This document shows, piece after piece, positions 8,420 through 18,091 of a stretch of DNA of 64,000 nt (position 1 is the stretch's first letter; the number at the start of each line of letters is the position of its first letter). The notes below the pieces were generated by a model. That model had not been told where the DNA came from. It worked only from the letters and a program-made list of their open reading frames with translations, and made no database searches. A program made the position numbers and the translations under genes. Where the stretch lies: the IMG/VR virus record IMGVR_UViG_3300042540_001822, positions 124,001-188,000 of that record. One strand, 5' to 3'.

Positions 8420-9001
8420 TCAATTAGGATTAACAAGAAAATCAGGTTTTTTGTAATACTCCCATACTTCATCTAATTGTTTTGGGTCTTTCACCCACAT
8501 AATCCAATCATCTTTTTTAATTTCTTCCTCCAACACATCAATGTAAAATGTTTTCGGTGTAAATGGAAATCCTTTAATTTCCAAAATACTGCGAAATGGG
8601 TTTGTATTGTTGATAGCATCTTCTCGGGTCATATAAATAGTTCCCGACCAAGTTGTTCCATTAGGACATCTTTTGATAATAGCGTCATTATATGTAACCT
8701 TACCATCGTTATCCTTAAACAATCCACTTTCTCTTTTATTTTGATACCAGGGTTCACCTGCTATATCACTAATATCTCCCCACTCTTCATCTTTACCTGT
8801 AATAGGCCCCAGTGGTTTGTAGTTAGCTAATTTGTGAAATAACGATGCTACAATCGGGGCTGAACCACCTGAGTGTCCTTGCTTTGCGAAGACTTCCATT
8901 AGTTCCATAACCGCCTCTCCGATTGCTCCTCCATAGTCAGAATCTTCATCAAAGAAGCCTGCTAATTCTAATTCAAATTTTGCGTGTGATGTTGTGCTCA
9001 T
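8420..9001 (-). CDS. Conserved phage hypothetical protein (FAKQGHSGGSA motif)
   Basis: ORF track; GHSGxSA motif recognised from phage hypotheticals. Confidence 0.8.
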   Translation of the reverse strand: MSTTSHAKFELELAGFFDEDSDYGGAIGEAVMELMEVFAKQGHSGGSAPIVASLFHKLANYKPLGPITGKDEEWGDISDIAGEPWYQNKRESGLFKDNDGKVTYNDAIIKRCPNGTTWSGTIYMTREDAINNTNPFRSILEIKGFPFTPKTFYIDVLEEEIKKDDWIMWVKDPKQLDEVWEYYKKPDFLVNPN

Positions 9002-9005
9002 AGTT

Positions 9006-9626
9006 TTATTTTAAATTTGTAAAGTTTACTTCTCCGTTGGGCATACCAATGTTGATGTCAGTAGTAGTATTAGTCCACCTTATTCCAGTTCCATATTTTT
9101 TTGGATTAGGGACCATCTTATTACCCATAATACAACCACATATACCACTTCCACCATTTGTTGGATTACAAGAGCAAATACTTCCATAAGGGACTTCATC
9201 GGGTTCTGAACTTAGACTGAATCCACCTGGATGACTTTTGTCCCAAGTTGGAATATTTGGGATAGTTTCATCGTGTGGAATAGATCTATCATCTTGAATT
9301 TTTTCAAGAGTATCCAATTGTTTTTTGAATGCCTCTCTTTCAGTTTCTAAAACTAAAATATCCCTATCAAGTGATTTTCTTTCAGTTTCTAAAACTAAAA
9401 TATCCATATCAAGTGATTTGATATGTGATTTGATATCACTAATTGCTCTTTCAATTTTGTTCATAGTATTTGTTTTTTCAGTTTTGTAAAAACCAAGACC
9501 TACAACTTCTTCCCAAAGTTGCTTCATAGTTGTTCTAATGGAGTCTTTTTGATTTTGGTCTAATAAACCAAAATCGTGCCTATATCTCATCGCCATAGAG
9601 TCAATCAGTTTTGGGTCTGGTTTCAT
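9006..9626 (-). CDS. Hypothetical coiled-coil protein with internal 14-aa duplication and CSCNP...CGC motif
   Basis: ORF track. Confidence 0.75.
   Translation of the reverse strand: MKPDPKLIDSMAMRYRHDFGLLDQNQKDSIRTTMKQLWEEVVGLGFYKTEKTNTMNKIERAISDIKSHIKSLDMDILVLETERKSLDRDILVLETEREAFKKQLDTLEKIQDDRSIPHDETIPNIPTWDKSHPGGFSLSSEPDEVPYGSICSCNPTNGGSGICGCIMGNKMVPNPKKYGTGIRWTNTTTDINIGMPNGEVNFTNLK
9336..9419. repeat. 42-bp tandem duplication encoding KSLD(M/R)DILVLETER twice
   Basis: tctttcagtttctaaaactaaaatatcc(c/a)tatcaagtgattt at 9336 and 9378, one mismatch. Confidence 0.95.
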
Positions 9627-9628
9627 AA

Positions 9629-9916
9629 TTAATATAGTTGGGAAATTTTTATTTCTCTTTCTACTTCTATCAAAAAATTACTTTTCGGATGATTAGCCCA
9701 ATAAGCAGTTTGGGATTCATCATCATCTTCCCTCATAAACTGAAATATTTCTTTCACAACAGTCAATGCACATTCTTTGTAGTAAATGTTCGTTGGGATA
9801 GGTTTCATTGTGCCATCAGAAAAATCATTTGATTGATTTTTACTGAACATAACTGAATCTATCAGTTGTTCGGCTTTTTCTCTTGGTGTAATCGTGATTG
9901 GTTTGTATTTAGGCAT
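9629..9916 (-). CDS. Hypothetical protein, paralogue of 13593..13877
   Basis: Both contain QFMREDDDES.TAYWANHPKSNF. Confidence 0.85.
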   Translation of the reverse strand: MPKYKPITITPREKAEQLIDSVMFSKNQSNDFSDGTMKPIPTNIYYKECALTVVKEIFQFMREDDDESQTAYWANHPKSNFLIEVEREIKISQLY

Positions 9917-9927
9917 ACATTTGTTTT

Positions 9928-10293
9928 TTATCGGTCGAAGGTTTGTATTTTTGCATCAACCTCTCTTAATTCAGACCAGGTTCCCAGATAAGTTACCGCT
10001 CTGACTTTTCTATTATCAATCCAAACGTACTCTTGGCCATCCTTAATTGTTGGTTTGTCCATAATTAATCCGTGATATTTGAATCCATTTAAACTCAACC
10101 ATTCTTCTGTGACCATTCTGTCTTTTGATTCTCGAGCAGTGAAAAAGGTTATTATGTTTCCTTCATCAAACCACTTGTTGATGATCTTTTGTGCATCCAT
10201 AAAAGGTTTGGCACTCGAATACAAATGTGAATCTTCATTCGAAATATCATCACAGATAGTTCCATCAATGTCAATCAAAAAAATTCTGTTCAT
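9928..10293 (-). CDS. HAD-superfamily phosphatase
   Basis: FLIDIDGT motif I, FFTAR motif II, KP, WIDN. Confidence 0.85.
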   Translation of the reverse strand: MNRIFLIDIDGTICDDISNEDSHLYSSAKPFMDAQKIINKWFDEGNIITFFTARESKDRMVTEEWLSLNGFKYHGLIMDKPTIKDGQEYVWIDNRKVRAVTYLGTWSELREVDAKIQTFDR

Positions 10294-10311
10294 TTTTAAT
10301 CCATTTAAAGT

Positions 10312-10635
10312 TTAAACCTCCAACCAATTGAATATTTGGGCAAAGTCTGAATCTGATTTTACCCTTTCCCAAAATTCATCTTCTGTCATTATCCTGGTAC
10401 AATTTTGATTTGGATCATCAATTAGGTACCTGTAATTAACTTCCTCTAATGAAGAAGCAAAATCAAGATATCTGTTGTACATTATCGAAATACCATTGGG
10501 ATCTATATAGGATTCTTCCATCGAAGAAAGATCATCCCCTGTGTCTAATGGATGTTCCGATTTCATTCGTTCTTTTCCCCTTACCCATAGGAAGGCTAAC
10601 ACTAAAGAAACAATAAAAATTACAGTTAGAATCAT
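10312..10635 (-). CDS. Membrane-anchored protein with an MNNEK-like core
   Basis: N-terminal hydrophobic helix; YNRYL...MTEDEFWERVKSDSDFAQIF resembles LTKEEFINKCKTDSEFSE.W. Confidence 0.7.
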   Translation of the reverse strand: MILTVIFIVSLVLAFLWVRGKERMKSEHPLDTGDDLSSMEESYIDPNGISIMYNRYLDFASSLEEVNYRYLIDDPNQNCTRIMTEDEFWERVKSDSDFAQIFNWLEV

Positions 10636-10667
10636 AATTTAATTTTGAATAAAAGTAATTGAAAAAA

Positions 10668-10889
10668 TCAATCATCCTCAAGACCGTCTAACAAAGTTAC
10701 ATCCCAATCGGAAAATTCCGTGCCCAACCCCGAAAGGTCGGGAGACTCCTTCAAAATTTTGTCTTTAATCCAAGACTCATAACTTGGAATTTCATCTTCA
10801 CTTTTGAAGCTACCACTATCTTTCGACTGCTGGATAAAGTTATGATATTGTGTTTTTAAATTTATCATGTTCTTTAATTTAAACCTCAT
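10668..10889 (-). CDS. Hypothetical protein
   Basis: ORF track. Confidence 0.65.
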   Translation of the reverse strand: MRFKLKNMINLKTQYHNFIQQSKDSGSFKSEDEIPSYESWIKDKILKESPDLSGLGTEFSDWDVTLLDGLEDD

Positions 10890-11118
10890 CTGGATCGTCG
10901 TTTTCCCAAGAATCTCTAAATTTAGGTTTCGGCTTCAAGTCAACCTCATCCTCTGAATAAAATTCTCCAAAATAGAAAGATCCATCTGGACCAATTTGAA
11001 AATCATCATTCATTTGGTTGGGAGAAAATGAAACCTTCTTTTTCCATTCCTCAAAGTTCAAATTAGATCCTGGATTTTTATCCAAAAATTCCTGATATGA
11101 ATTTTGGGAAAATTTCAT
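10879..11118 (-). CDS. Hypothetical acidic protein
   Basis: ORF track. Confidence 0.65.
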   Translation of the reverse strand: MKFSQNSYQEFLDKNPGSNLNFEEWKKKVSFSPNQMNDDFQIGPDGSFYFGEFYSEDEVDLKPKPKFRDSWENDDPDEV

Positions 11119-11405
11119 TGTTTACTTGGCAAAAAAGAAAAAGTAAGTAAGAAAAGTAAACATCCCAAATAAATCAAAAGTTCTGCTTTCCAAAAAGACA
11201 AATCCCCAGCTCTTCGATTTCTAAAATTTAAAAGATTAAAAGATTTTATGTAATTACCTTCTATCCAAAGCTCTTCGGATTTAGAGAAATCTATTGTTAC
11301 CGAAGATCCCATAGCTCTAAAATAGAAAAAAAATCCCAATAACCATCCTTCAGCTTGTACGTGAAAGATTCCACAGGGTTTATATTTCCATTTGAACATA
11401 ATCAA
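11115..11405 (-). CDS. Hypothetical protein with C-terminal hydrophobic segment
   Basis: ORF track. Confidence 0.65.
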   Translation of the reverse strand: MIMFKWKYKPCGIFHVQAEGWLLGFFFYFRAMGSSVTIDFSKSEELWIEGNYIKSFNLLNFRNRRAGDLSFWKAELLIYLGCLLFLLTFSFLPSKQ

Positions 11406-11477
11406 TTGATTTTGAATATAAAACCAATTTTATACGAATAAAAAATAAAATAATTTCGATTTTTTTGGGTAAAAATC

Positions 11478-11711
11478 TTAAAGATCGGATGAAATCTTTT
11501 TCAAGATTCTCCAATCCTGAACGAAAGAATCTTTCGAATATCTATTGGAGGTTCCTAAATTAGAAGAATCTAATTCCTCCACCAGAATGGTTGTGGGTGT
11601 TTTCTCTATAACCTTGATTTTCATGTAGCTAGAAAAAAATTGAATCTCCTCGTTGGTTTCGGAATTCGGACCCAACAAATAAATTTCTCCCGGGATTAAA
11701 TCAAACCACAT
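11478..11711 (-). CDS. Hypothetical protein
   Basis: ORF track. Confidence 0.65.
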   Translation of the reverse strand: MWFDLIPGEIYLLGPNSETNEEIQFFSSYMKIKVIEKTPTTILVEELDSSNLGTSNRYSKDSFVQDWRILKKISSDL

Positions 11712-12200
11712 TTAGCAGTGAATTTTTTGAATCCTTTTAAGATGTCTACCCCCTTCAAAATCAGTTTTTAAAAAAATTTCTATTGATTTTATTGCCTCGA
11801 ACGTAGAAATAAATCTGGCAGGCAAACAAAGTAGATTTGCGTCGTTGTGTTTTCTTGAAAGAGCAGTAATATCAGAGTTCCAGCACAATGCTGCTCTAAC
11901 ATTTGGCCATTTGTTTGCAGTTATTGCAACCCCATTACCAGATCCGCAAATTAAAATTCCAATTCTGTCCGTGTCAATCAATCCTGCAACCCGGTGTGCA
12001 TAGTCTGGATAGTCTGTTGATTCTTGGTGGTAGGTACCTACGTCAATTACCTCATAATCATTTTCGCAAAACCAATCCAAGATTTTTGTTTTCAATTCAA
12101 ATCCTGCATGGTCTGAGCCTATTATGATGGTTTGGATATGATTTGACATGGAAGAAGAATAGATTTTTTTTCTTAATTTTCCATTCTTATATTTAAACAA
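11712..12200 (-). CDS. rpiB: Ribose-5-phosphate isomerase B (true start probably MSNHIQ)
   Basis: GSDHAG, DYPD, GILICGSGNG, ANK, RAAL, RKHNDAN, FEGGRH motifs. Confidence 0.95.
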   Translation of the reverse strand: MFKYKNGKLRKKIYSSSMSNHIQTIIIGSDHAGFELKTKILDWFCENDYEVIDVGTYHQESTDYPDYAHRVAGLIDTDRIGILICGSGNGVAITANKWPNVRAALCWNSDITALSRKHNDANLLCLPARFISTFEAIKSIEIFLKTDFEGGRHLKRIQKIHC

Positions 12201-12243
12201 TTACGAAATTGTTCCAGAAAAACCAATTTTTTTGAAAATAATT

Positions 12244-13011
12244 TTATCCAATATTAGAAAAAAAATTCGTCAGTAAATTTTTTCTTTCCTCTTCTGTCAT
12301 TTTTCGGGGAAGATCATAGTCTGATTTAGAATTTTCCTCAAGCCATTCATGTAAATCTTCGATAGTTTCACACAGTACATTTCCAGAAGAATCTGTCATA
12401 CGCAAATCTTTTCTCGTTCCCCATCCTTTTTCGTAACACCACCAATTGAAAGTTTCTAAACCTTCTTTTCCGTAGATGCTTCCGATTAACATGGAAACAA
12501 CACTTTGGAGTTCATCCTCAAAATTTCCCAAATCAATCCCATAATAACAAACTGCCCGGAATCTTTCTTGAGAGGATTTAAGTTTAAAAATAATTTCTTT
12601 AAAAACTTCGAAATTAATTTTATGTGAAAACATACTTTTTTTCATCTTTTGAATTAAAGGATGAAGATCCAAATGAGAAAATTCCTTATAAGGCAAGAAA
12701 ATTTTTTCCTTGTACTTCAAACCATGTTTCACAGCATTAACACCGTGAATAACAGTTGAATGATCCCTTCCAATTAAAGTTCCAATTTTACCGAAAGAAA
12801 ATATGTGACCAAATTTTTCTCTCAAAACGAACATGAGAAGGTGACGTGCTGCAACCAGGTGTTGGGTCTTTTTTTTGTTTTTAAGTTCGTCCAGACTGAA
12901 TCCAAAAACCCTATTTACCTCATTAACGTAGTGGTCAAAAATTAAAAGCTCTAACGTTGAATGGTACATTTTAAAAAAGATATGGATTACTATGGACGAA
13001 TGGCTAAACAA
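12244..13011 (-). CDS. DnaA C-terminal (domain IV) HTH-like domain fused to an unknown domain
   Basis: ARHLLMFVLRE...SFGKIGTLIGRDHSTVIHGV matches the DnaA signature GRDHSTVIHA. Confidence 0.75.
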   Translation of the reverse strand: MFSHSSIVIHIFFKMYHSTLELLIFDHYVNEVNRVFGFSLDELKNKKKTQHLVAARHLLMFVLREKFGHIFSFGKIGTLIGRDHSTVIHGVNAVKHGLKYKEKIFLPYKEFSHLDLHPLIQKMKKSMFSHKINFEVFKEIIFKLKSSQERFRAVCYYGIDLGNFEDELQSVVSMLIGSIYGKEGLETFNWWCYEKGWGTRKDLRMTDSSGNVLCETIEDLHEWLEENSKSDYDLPRKMTEEERKNLLTNFFSNIG

Positions 13012-13562
13012 TCAAAACCCCAGGGTCCCAGGCCGTAAGTAACTGAGAAACCTAGGGGTTCAAGAAATGAAATTAATTTTAGATTGTTAATGTGAACTGA
13101 CTCGTAATAAATTTGTTTGATGTCAAATTTTCTCCAGTCCAAACTGTAAAGAATTTGATCGTCGATTCCTTCGGCATCTAACATTAAATAATCTAAATGA
13201 TACAAATCAAATTCTTCTAAAATAGAAGAAAGAGTTCTTGCTGGAACGGAGATCTGAACCACTCTTTCTTTTTGGAGTAATCCGTGTCTTGGCTGGAAAA
13301 AATGATCTTGTGAAATAGATGATAAAGGATAATGTGGTCCATCATCCATGTGAAAAAAGAAAGAAGTTTTTCCCGTTGGTGTTGGATCTGGGACCACTGC
13401 ACAGTCCAAAATAACATGAGGAATTCCAAAATAAGCCTGTGAAATAATCCCGTGGTGAATTTTCAAAGGCTCTGCTAAAACAACTAATTCGGCATTATTT
13501 TCTTTAGCCAATTTAGGTAAATGGTCTTCAGCAGTAGAAGTTCCAACTTGTAAAATTTTCAT
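12990..13562 (-). CDS. FkbM-family SAM-dependent methyltransferase-like protein
   Basis: ILQVG, LVVLAEP, RTLSSIL, LDYLMLDAEG.D, IYYES. Confidence 0.75.
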   Translation of the reverse strand: MKILQVGTSTAEDHLPKLAKENNAELVVLAEPLKIHHGIISQAYFGIPHVILDCAVVPDPTPTGKTSFFFHMDDGPHYPLSSISQDHFFQPRHGLLQKERVVQISVPARTLSSILEEFDLYHLDYLMLDAEGIDDQILYSLDWRKFDIKQIYYESVHINNLKLISFLEPLGFSVTYGLGPWGFDCLAIRP

Positions 13563-13592
13563 TTTGTGAAAAGGGTTATTAAATTTGGGATT

Positions 13593-13877
13593 TTATGGAT
13601 TATAATCTTTAATTTCTCTTTCAACTTCCACCCAAAAATTACTTTTAGGATGGTTAGCCCAATAAGCAGTTTCGGATTCATCGTCATCTTCTCTCATGAA
13701 TTGAAGTATTTCTTTCACGATTGCCAAGGCACATTCTTTGTGGTAAATGTTTGTTGGGAGAGGTTTCATTATACCATCATAGTAATCTATCGATTGGTTT
13801 GTGCTAAAAGCCACCGATTCTATCAGTTGTTTTGCTTTTTCTTTAGGAGTTATTTCAATGGGTTTGTACTTAGACAT
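13593..13877 (-). CDS. Hypothetical protein, paralogue of 9629..9916
   Basis: Direct alignment. Confidence 0.85.
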   Translation of the reverse strand: MSKYKPIEITPKEKAKQLIESVAFSTNQSIDYYDGIMKPLPTNIYHKECALAIVKEILQFMREDDDESETAYWANHPKSNFWVEVEREIKDYNP

Positions 13878-14390
13878 TTATTTCCAGTCAATTTTAGGAC
13901 AATACTTGTAATAGGTTGCTTTAACCATTTCAACAGTAATATTAGAACTTTTTTCTTCTTTCGGTAGATTTTTCCTCCCCCATTTTCTTTCTTTTCTTTC
14001 TTTTATTTTATCTTGGATGTATTCAATAAACCAAGCACAACCCCAAGTCAAACCTACCGCCCATACAAAAAAACCGTAAATAATTAAATTTTCTAAAATA
14101 GATCCTTTATGTGGTGTGTGCCAAAATAACATAATGGGACTGAGAGCTGCAATTAAAAGCAAAAGTATAAACCAAGAAATGAAACTTATCCAAATTCTAT
14201 TACCAAGTGATTCGTTATACGTATCTTTATCTATAATAACATAAGGAAGGGAAAAAATAAATAGTGGGATTGCGAATACATAAGCTATTACCAATTTCCA
14301 AAAGTATGGACATAAGTTGGTTGGAAGTTCACTTGTTCTGTAAAACCAACGGAAGAGTTTTGCTGAGATTGAGTTTTTGTTGAGTTTCAT
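13878..14390 (-). CDS. Multi-pass membrane protein (NLCPYFW; YYKYCPKIDW)
   Basis: Three hydrophobic segments. Confidence 0.8.
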   Translation of the reverse strand: MKLNKNSISAKLFRWFYRTSELPTNLCPYFWKLVIAYVFAIPLFIFSLPYVIIDKDTYNESLGNRIWISFISWFILLLLIAALSPIMLFWHTPHKGSILENLIIYGFFVWAVGLTWGCAWFIEYIQDKIKERKERKWGRKNLPKEEKSSNITVEMVKATYYKYCPKIDWK

Positions 14391-14761
14391 ACTTTTACAA
14401 GTTTAAATTTTTCACCACCAATTACAATTTCTTTACCTTCGCAAGATTTGGGTCGGTTGTCTTTGATTATACCTTTTGAATTCTCAAAGTAGATTAGATT
14501 ACCTTGAGAATCCCATTCCTGCTTTAACCAATACCCAGTTGAATCCTCAAAGTAGATTCTATTACCTTGAGAATCCCATTCCTTCTTTGCCCAATATTTC
14601 TTTGAATTCTCATAGTAGATTTCATTACCTTGAGAATCGTATTCACTCTTTACCCAACGTTTATTTGAATTCTCAAAGTAGATTTTTTTGCCATTCGTGT
14701 CTAGGATTACCAATGTACCATTGGTCTTGAAATCCCATTTAATTTGTTGTGCGATTGTCAT
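14387..14761 (-). CDS. Beta-repeat family member, 3 internal units, 124 aa
   Basis: xWxKxE(W/Y)DSQGNxIYxE(N/D)S repeats, YD/RHS-like. Confidence 0.9.
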   Translation of the reverse strand: MTIAQQIKWDFKTNGTLVILDTNGKKIYFENSNKRWVKSEYDSQGNEIYYENSKKYWAKKEWDSQGNRIYFEDSTGYWLKQEWDSQGNLIYFENSKGIIKDNRPKSCEGKEIVIGGEKFKLVKV

Positions 14762-15069
14762 ACTTTTACAAGTTTAAATTTTTCACCATCGATTTCTACT
14801 ACTTTATTTTCGCAAGATTTAGGTCGGTTGTCTATGATTTTACCATTTGAATTCTCATAGTAGATTCTATTACCTTGAGAATCCCATTCTCGTTTTGACC
14901 AATATCCATCTGAATCATGATAGTAGGTTTGGTTACCTTGAGAATCGTATTCACACTTTCCCCAATATCCATCTGAATTCTCATAGTAGATTCTATTACC
15001 ATTCTTGTCTTTAATTTCCAAGTAACCGTTGGTCTCAAAGTCCCAGTTGATTTGTTGTCCTATTGTCAT
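14758..15069 (-). CDS. Beta-repeat family member, 2 units, 103 aa
   Basis: Same family motifs. Confidence 0.9.
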   Translation of the reverse strand: MTIGQQINWDFETNGYLEIKDKNGNRIYYENSDGYWGKCEYDSQGNQTYYHDSDGYWSKREWDSQGNRIYYENSNGKIIDNRPKSCENKVVEIDGEKFKLVKV

Positions 15070-15314
15070 ACTTTTACAAGTTTAAATTTTTCACCATCGA
15101 TTTCTACTACTTTGTTTTCACAAGACTTGGGTCGGTTGTCTCTGATTACGCCATATGAATTCTCATAGTAGATTTCTTTTCCTTGGGAATCCCACTCCTT
15201 CTTTGACCAATGTCCATTTGAATTCTCCCAGTAGATTTCTTTACCATTCTTGTCTTTAATTTCCAAGTTACCGTTGGCCTTGAAATCCCATTTGATTTGT
15301 TGTGCGATTGTCAT
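15066..15314 (-). CDS. Beta-repeat family member, 1 unit, 82 aa
   Basis: Same family motifs. Confidence 0.9.
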   Translation of the reverse strand: MTIAQQIKWDFKANGNLEIKDKNGKEIYWENSNGHWSKKEWDSQGKEIYYENSYGVIRDNRPKSCENKVVEIDGEKFKLVKV

Positions 15315-15622
15315 ACTTTTACAAGTTTAAATTTTTCACCATCAATTACGATTTCTTTATTTTCACAAGGCTTGGGTCGGTTGTCTTTGATTACACCACG
15401 TGAATTCTCAAGGTAGATTTCATTCCCTTCAGAATCCCATTCCTCCTTTACCCAATCTCCCTTTGAATCCCCAGAGTAGATACAATAGCCATTAGAATCG
15501 TATTCTTGTTTTGTCCAATACCCATATGAAGCCTCTCGGTAGATTTCTTTACCATTCTTGTCTTTGATTACCAAGGAACCATTGGTTTCAAAGTCCCATT
15601 TGATTTGTTGTGCTATTGTCAT
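15311..15622 (-). CDS. Beta-repeat family member, 2 units, 103 aa
   Basis: Same family motifs. Confidence 0.9.
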   Translation of the reverse strand: MTIAQQIKWDFETNGSLVIKDKNGKEIYREASYGYWTKQEYDSNGYCIYSGDSKGDWVKEEWDSEGNEIYLENSRGVIKDNRPKPCENKEIVIDGEKFKLVKV

Positions 15623-16014
15623 ACTTTTACAAGTTTAAATTTTTCACCACCAATTACAATTTCTTTGTTTTCACAGGATTTGGGTCGGTAGTCTACGATT
15701 GCACCATCTGAATCCTCGTGGTAGATTATATTACCTTTAGAATCGTATTCCCACTTTCTCCAATCTCCCTTTGAATTCTCCCAGTAGATTAATTTACCTT
15801 GAGAATCGTATTCACACTTTACCCAAAATCCATCTGAATTCTCATAGTAGATTAGATTGCCTTGAGAATCCATTTCATACTTTCTCCAAGTCCCATGTGA
15901 ATCCTCAAAGTAGATTAGGTTGTCATTCTTGTCTCGGATTATCAAGTCACCATTGGTCTTGAAATCCCATTTGATTTGTCGTGCTATTGTTTCCATAATT
16001 TTTTTAATCTTCAA
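15619..16014 (-). CDS. Beta-repeat family member, 3 units (start possibly METIARQ)
   Basis: Same family motifs. Confidence 0.9.
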   Translation of the reverse strand: MKIKKIMETIARQIKWDFKTNGDLIIRDKNDNLIYFEDSHGTWRKYEMDSQGNLIYYENSDGFWVKCEYDSQGKLIYWENSKGDWRKWEYDSKGNIIYHEDSDGAIVDYRPKSCENKEIVIGGEKFKLVKV

Positions 16015-16540
16015 ACAGATTTTCTAAATATCGACACATTTCCCCGAGTTGATGAGCTTGTCCTTCAACAAATCCAAGACTAGTTAAGAAATGGTCATTT
16101 TCTTTTTTATACATGTCAAACATACGGCTACCAGTCATTTTAGAGTATTGAACATTAGCTATTCTATCACAAAGTTTAACAAACACAGCTTCTTTGAAGT
16201 TACGAATTCCCTCGTAGTATTTGTCATTTGCACGTTCCTTACGGTTCTTACCCTTTTCATTGGTACATGCATATATGATATCCGCTGTAAATAGTCCAAG
16301 ATTTTCCTTTACATCATTATAAGAAACTCTTGTGTCTTCGATTAAATCGTGACCGTATGCGGCTAGTAGAACCATATCTCTCCATGCTGTTTCTCCATCA
16401 TTTAAATTGGGGATTAATTCTATGAACTTCTCTGCCACCTTAGCAACCATTCGCAGATGGAACTCATAAGGCAAATATGCGTCGTACATATGGTTTGTAG
16501 ATTCGTGTTGCTTAAGAATCCATTTGATTTTTTCATTCAT
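16004..16540 (-). CDS. HD-domain hydrolase, RelA/SpoT hydrolase-like (SAH/Mesh1-type)
   Basis: PYEFHLRMV, AAYGHDLIEDT, VKLCDRIANV. Confidence 0.85.
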   Translation of the reverse strand: MNEKIKWILKQHESTNHMYDAYLPYEFHLRMVAKVAEKFIELIPNLNDGETAWRDMVLLAAYGHDLIEDTRVSYNDVKENLGLFTADIIYACTNEKGKNRKERANDKYYEGIRNFKEAVFVKLCDRIANVQYSKMTGSRMFDMYKKENDHFLTSLGFVEGQAHQLGEMCRYLENLFED

Positions 16541-16593
16541 ATATTCGATTTCTTTTGTGAAATTAAAATTAAGGTAGGACGTTATTATTATTG

Positions 16594-18036
16594 TTAACCC
16601 TCTGATTTTTTGCTACTAGCCAAACCGTTCAACATTGATAAAATGTTTTTACCCTCCTCAGTTTGTTTTAGTCCTTCGAGTAAACCGTTAATTTGTGAAG
16701 CTCCTTTGGACGTGAAAAGGTCTGAAAGCTTTCCAATGCCGGATTGTACGTCTCCACTGTTAATGAGAAGCTTGAGATCAGCTGCGGATAAGGCTTTTGC
16801 CATAGATTCGTACTGTGCAACCCCGACCACTTGGCTCACCTCCACCTCTTTTACCCGAATCAAGTACTCTTGATAAGGTTTGTTTTCCCCGATCTCTTTG
16901 GCCAAAGTGGTCTGTGCAGAAACGCTGGCCAATTCCATCGCCTTTCTTGATTCAGCCTCTGATATACCTTTGGCCTTAATAACATCTGCCTCTGCAGAAC
17001 CAACAGTTTTGGTAGCCTCTGCCTCTTTACGTTTTGCTTCCAGTGCAGCTGATGCTTCTGTTTCAATACGGTATTTTTCGGCCATAGCACGAATTTCTGT
17101 CTTCTGTTTTTCTTGTTCTGCAGTGATGATCTCACGTTCTCTGTCGATCTCGGCTTGCTTGACTTGATTTACCTTTATAACTTCCATCTCTTGCTCGGCA
17201 GTCATTCTTTGTGATTTTGCGATCTCCGAGATAGATTCTTGTTCTGCAATTCCTGTGCGTTTCTTTGACTCTGCTTTGGCTATTCCGATGGCCTGTTGAG
17301 ATTGAGCCTGTGCCTCCCCTGCGATCTTTTCTGTTTCTGCAGTGGTGACGTCAATTTCTTTTCTGGCCTCTAGCTCTGCTTGTTTTGCCATCTTGTTGTT
17401 TTTCGCAACTTCAGTTCTTGATTCCATGTCTATGGCTGACATTCTTTTTGCCATGATTTGGTGGATGACCTGGGATCCGTCTGCGTCTCTTACGTCCATC
17501 AATTCAATGCTTTTGATAGCTTCTACCCCCCAGTTTTGCAAATCATTGTTGACCGCCTCTGTGAACTGCTTACCGAAAATGGATCTTTCCTCCATGATTT
17601 CTTCCAATTTTGATTTGGCCAAAATCGAACGGACTGCTCCTTGAACTACATTTTCTAACTGTCCTTTAAGTTCTTCAAATGATTCAACCTTTTGTGCTGC
17701 AACGTTTGTGTCAGATATATGAAAGAAAGCCTTTACGTCAACCACGAAAGGAACACGATCTTTATCATAGGCCTCATATCGTTTTAAATCGATGTCGAAG
17801 TTGCTAACTGGCAAAACACGTTTTGATACACCGAAGAAAGGAAGCCAACTTGGCCATTCATAGTATACGTTGGATTGTTTATTGGTTCCATATGAGACCG
17901 TCTGTTTTCCACGTTGAACAATGTGTACCACGTTGGTCGGCACGATTCGGCGAAGTGAAACAACGTAAATCAGAATGGAAATCCCGATGATGGTTGGTAA
18001 CGATAGAGCTACCATGGAGAGAATTGATAGAAACAT
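16594..18036 (-). CDS. SPFH/band-7 (flotillin-like) membrane protein
   Basis: N-terminal TM; VPTNVVHIV; DKDRVPFVVDVKAFFHI; GAVRSILA; long AE-rich coiled coil. Confidence 0.9.
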   Translation of the reverse strand: MFLSILSMVALSLPTIIGISILIYVVSLRRIVPTNVVHIVQRGKQTVSYGTNKQSNVYYEWPSWLPFFGVSKRVLPVSNFDIDLKRYEAYDKDRVPFVVDVKAFFHISDTNVAAQKVESFEELKGQLENVVQGAVRSILAKSKLEEIMEERSIFGKQFTEAVNNDLQNWGVEAIKSIELMDVRDADGSQVIHQIMAKRMSAIDMESRTEVAKNNKMAKQAELEARKEIDVTTAETEKIAGEAQAQSQQAIGIAKAESKKRTGIAEQESISEIAKSQRMTAEQEMEVIKVNQVKQAEIDREREIITAEQEKQKTEIRAMAEKYRIETEASAALEAKRKEAEATKTVGSAEADVIKAKGISEAESRKAMELASVSAQTTLAKEIGENKPYQEYLIRVKEVEVSQVVGVAQYESMAKALSAADLKLLINSGDVQSGIGKLSDLFTSKGASQINGLLEGLKQTEEGKNILSMLNGLASSKKSEG

Positions 18037-18091
18037 TTTTTTTGGGTTTAAATTGGTTTATGAAATTGGTTTTTGGATTTTAAAATTTAAA

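Larger units (their letters stand above)
14387..16014 (-). repeat. Tandem array 1: five paralogous MTIAQQIKWDF beta-repeat genes
   Basis: ORFs joined by 4-bp ATGA overlaps (aaagtATGAca); shared N-cap, 63-bp internal repeat and RPKxCExK...GEKFKLVKV C-cap. Confidence 0.95.
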
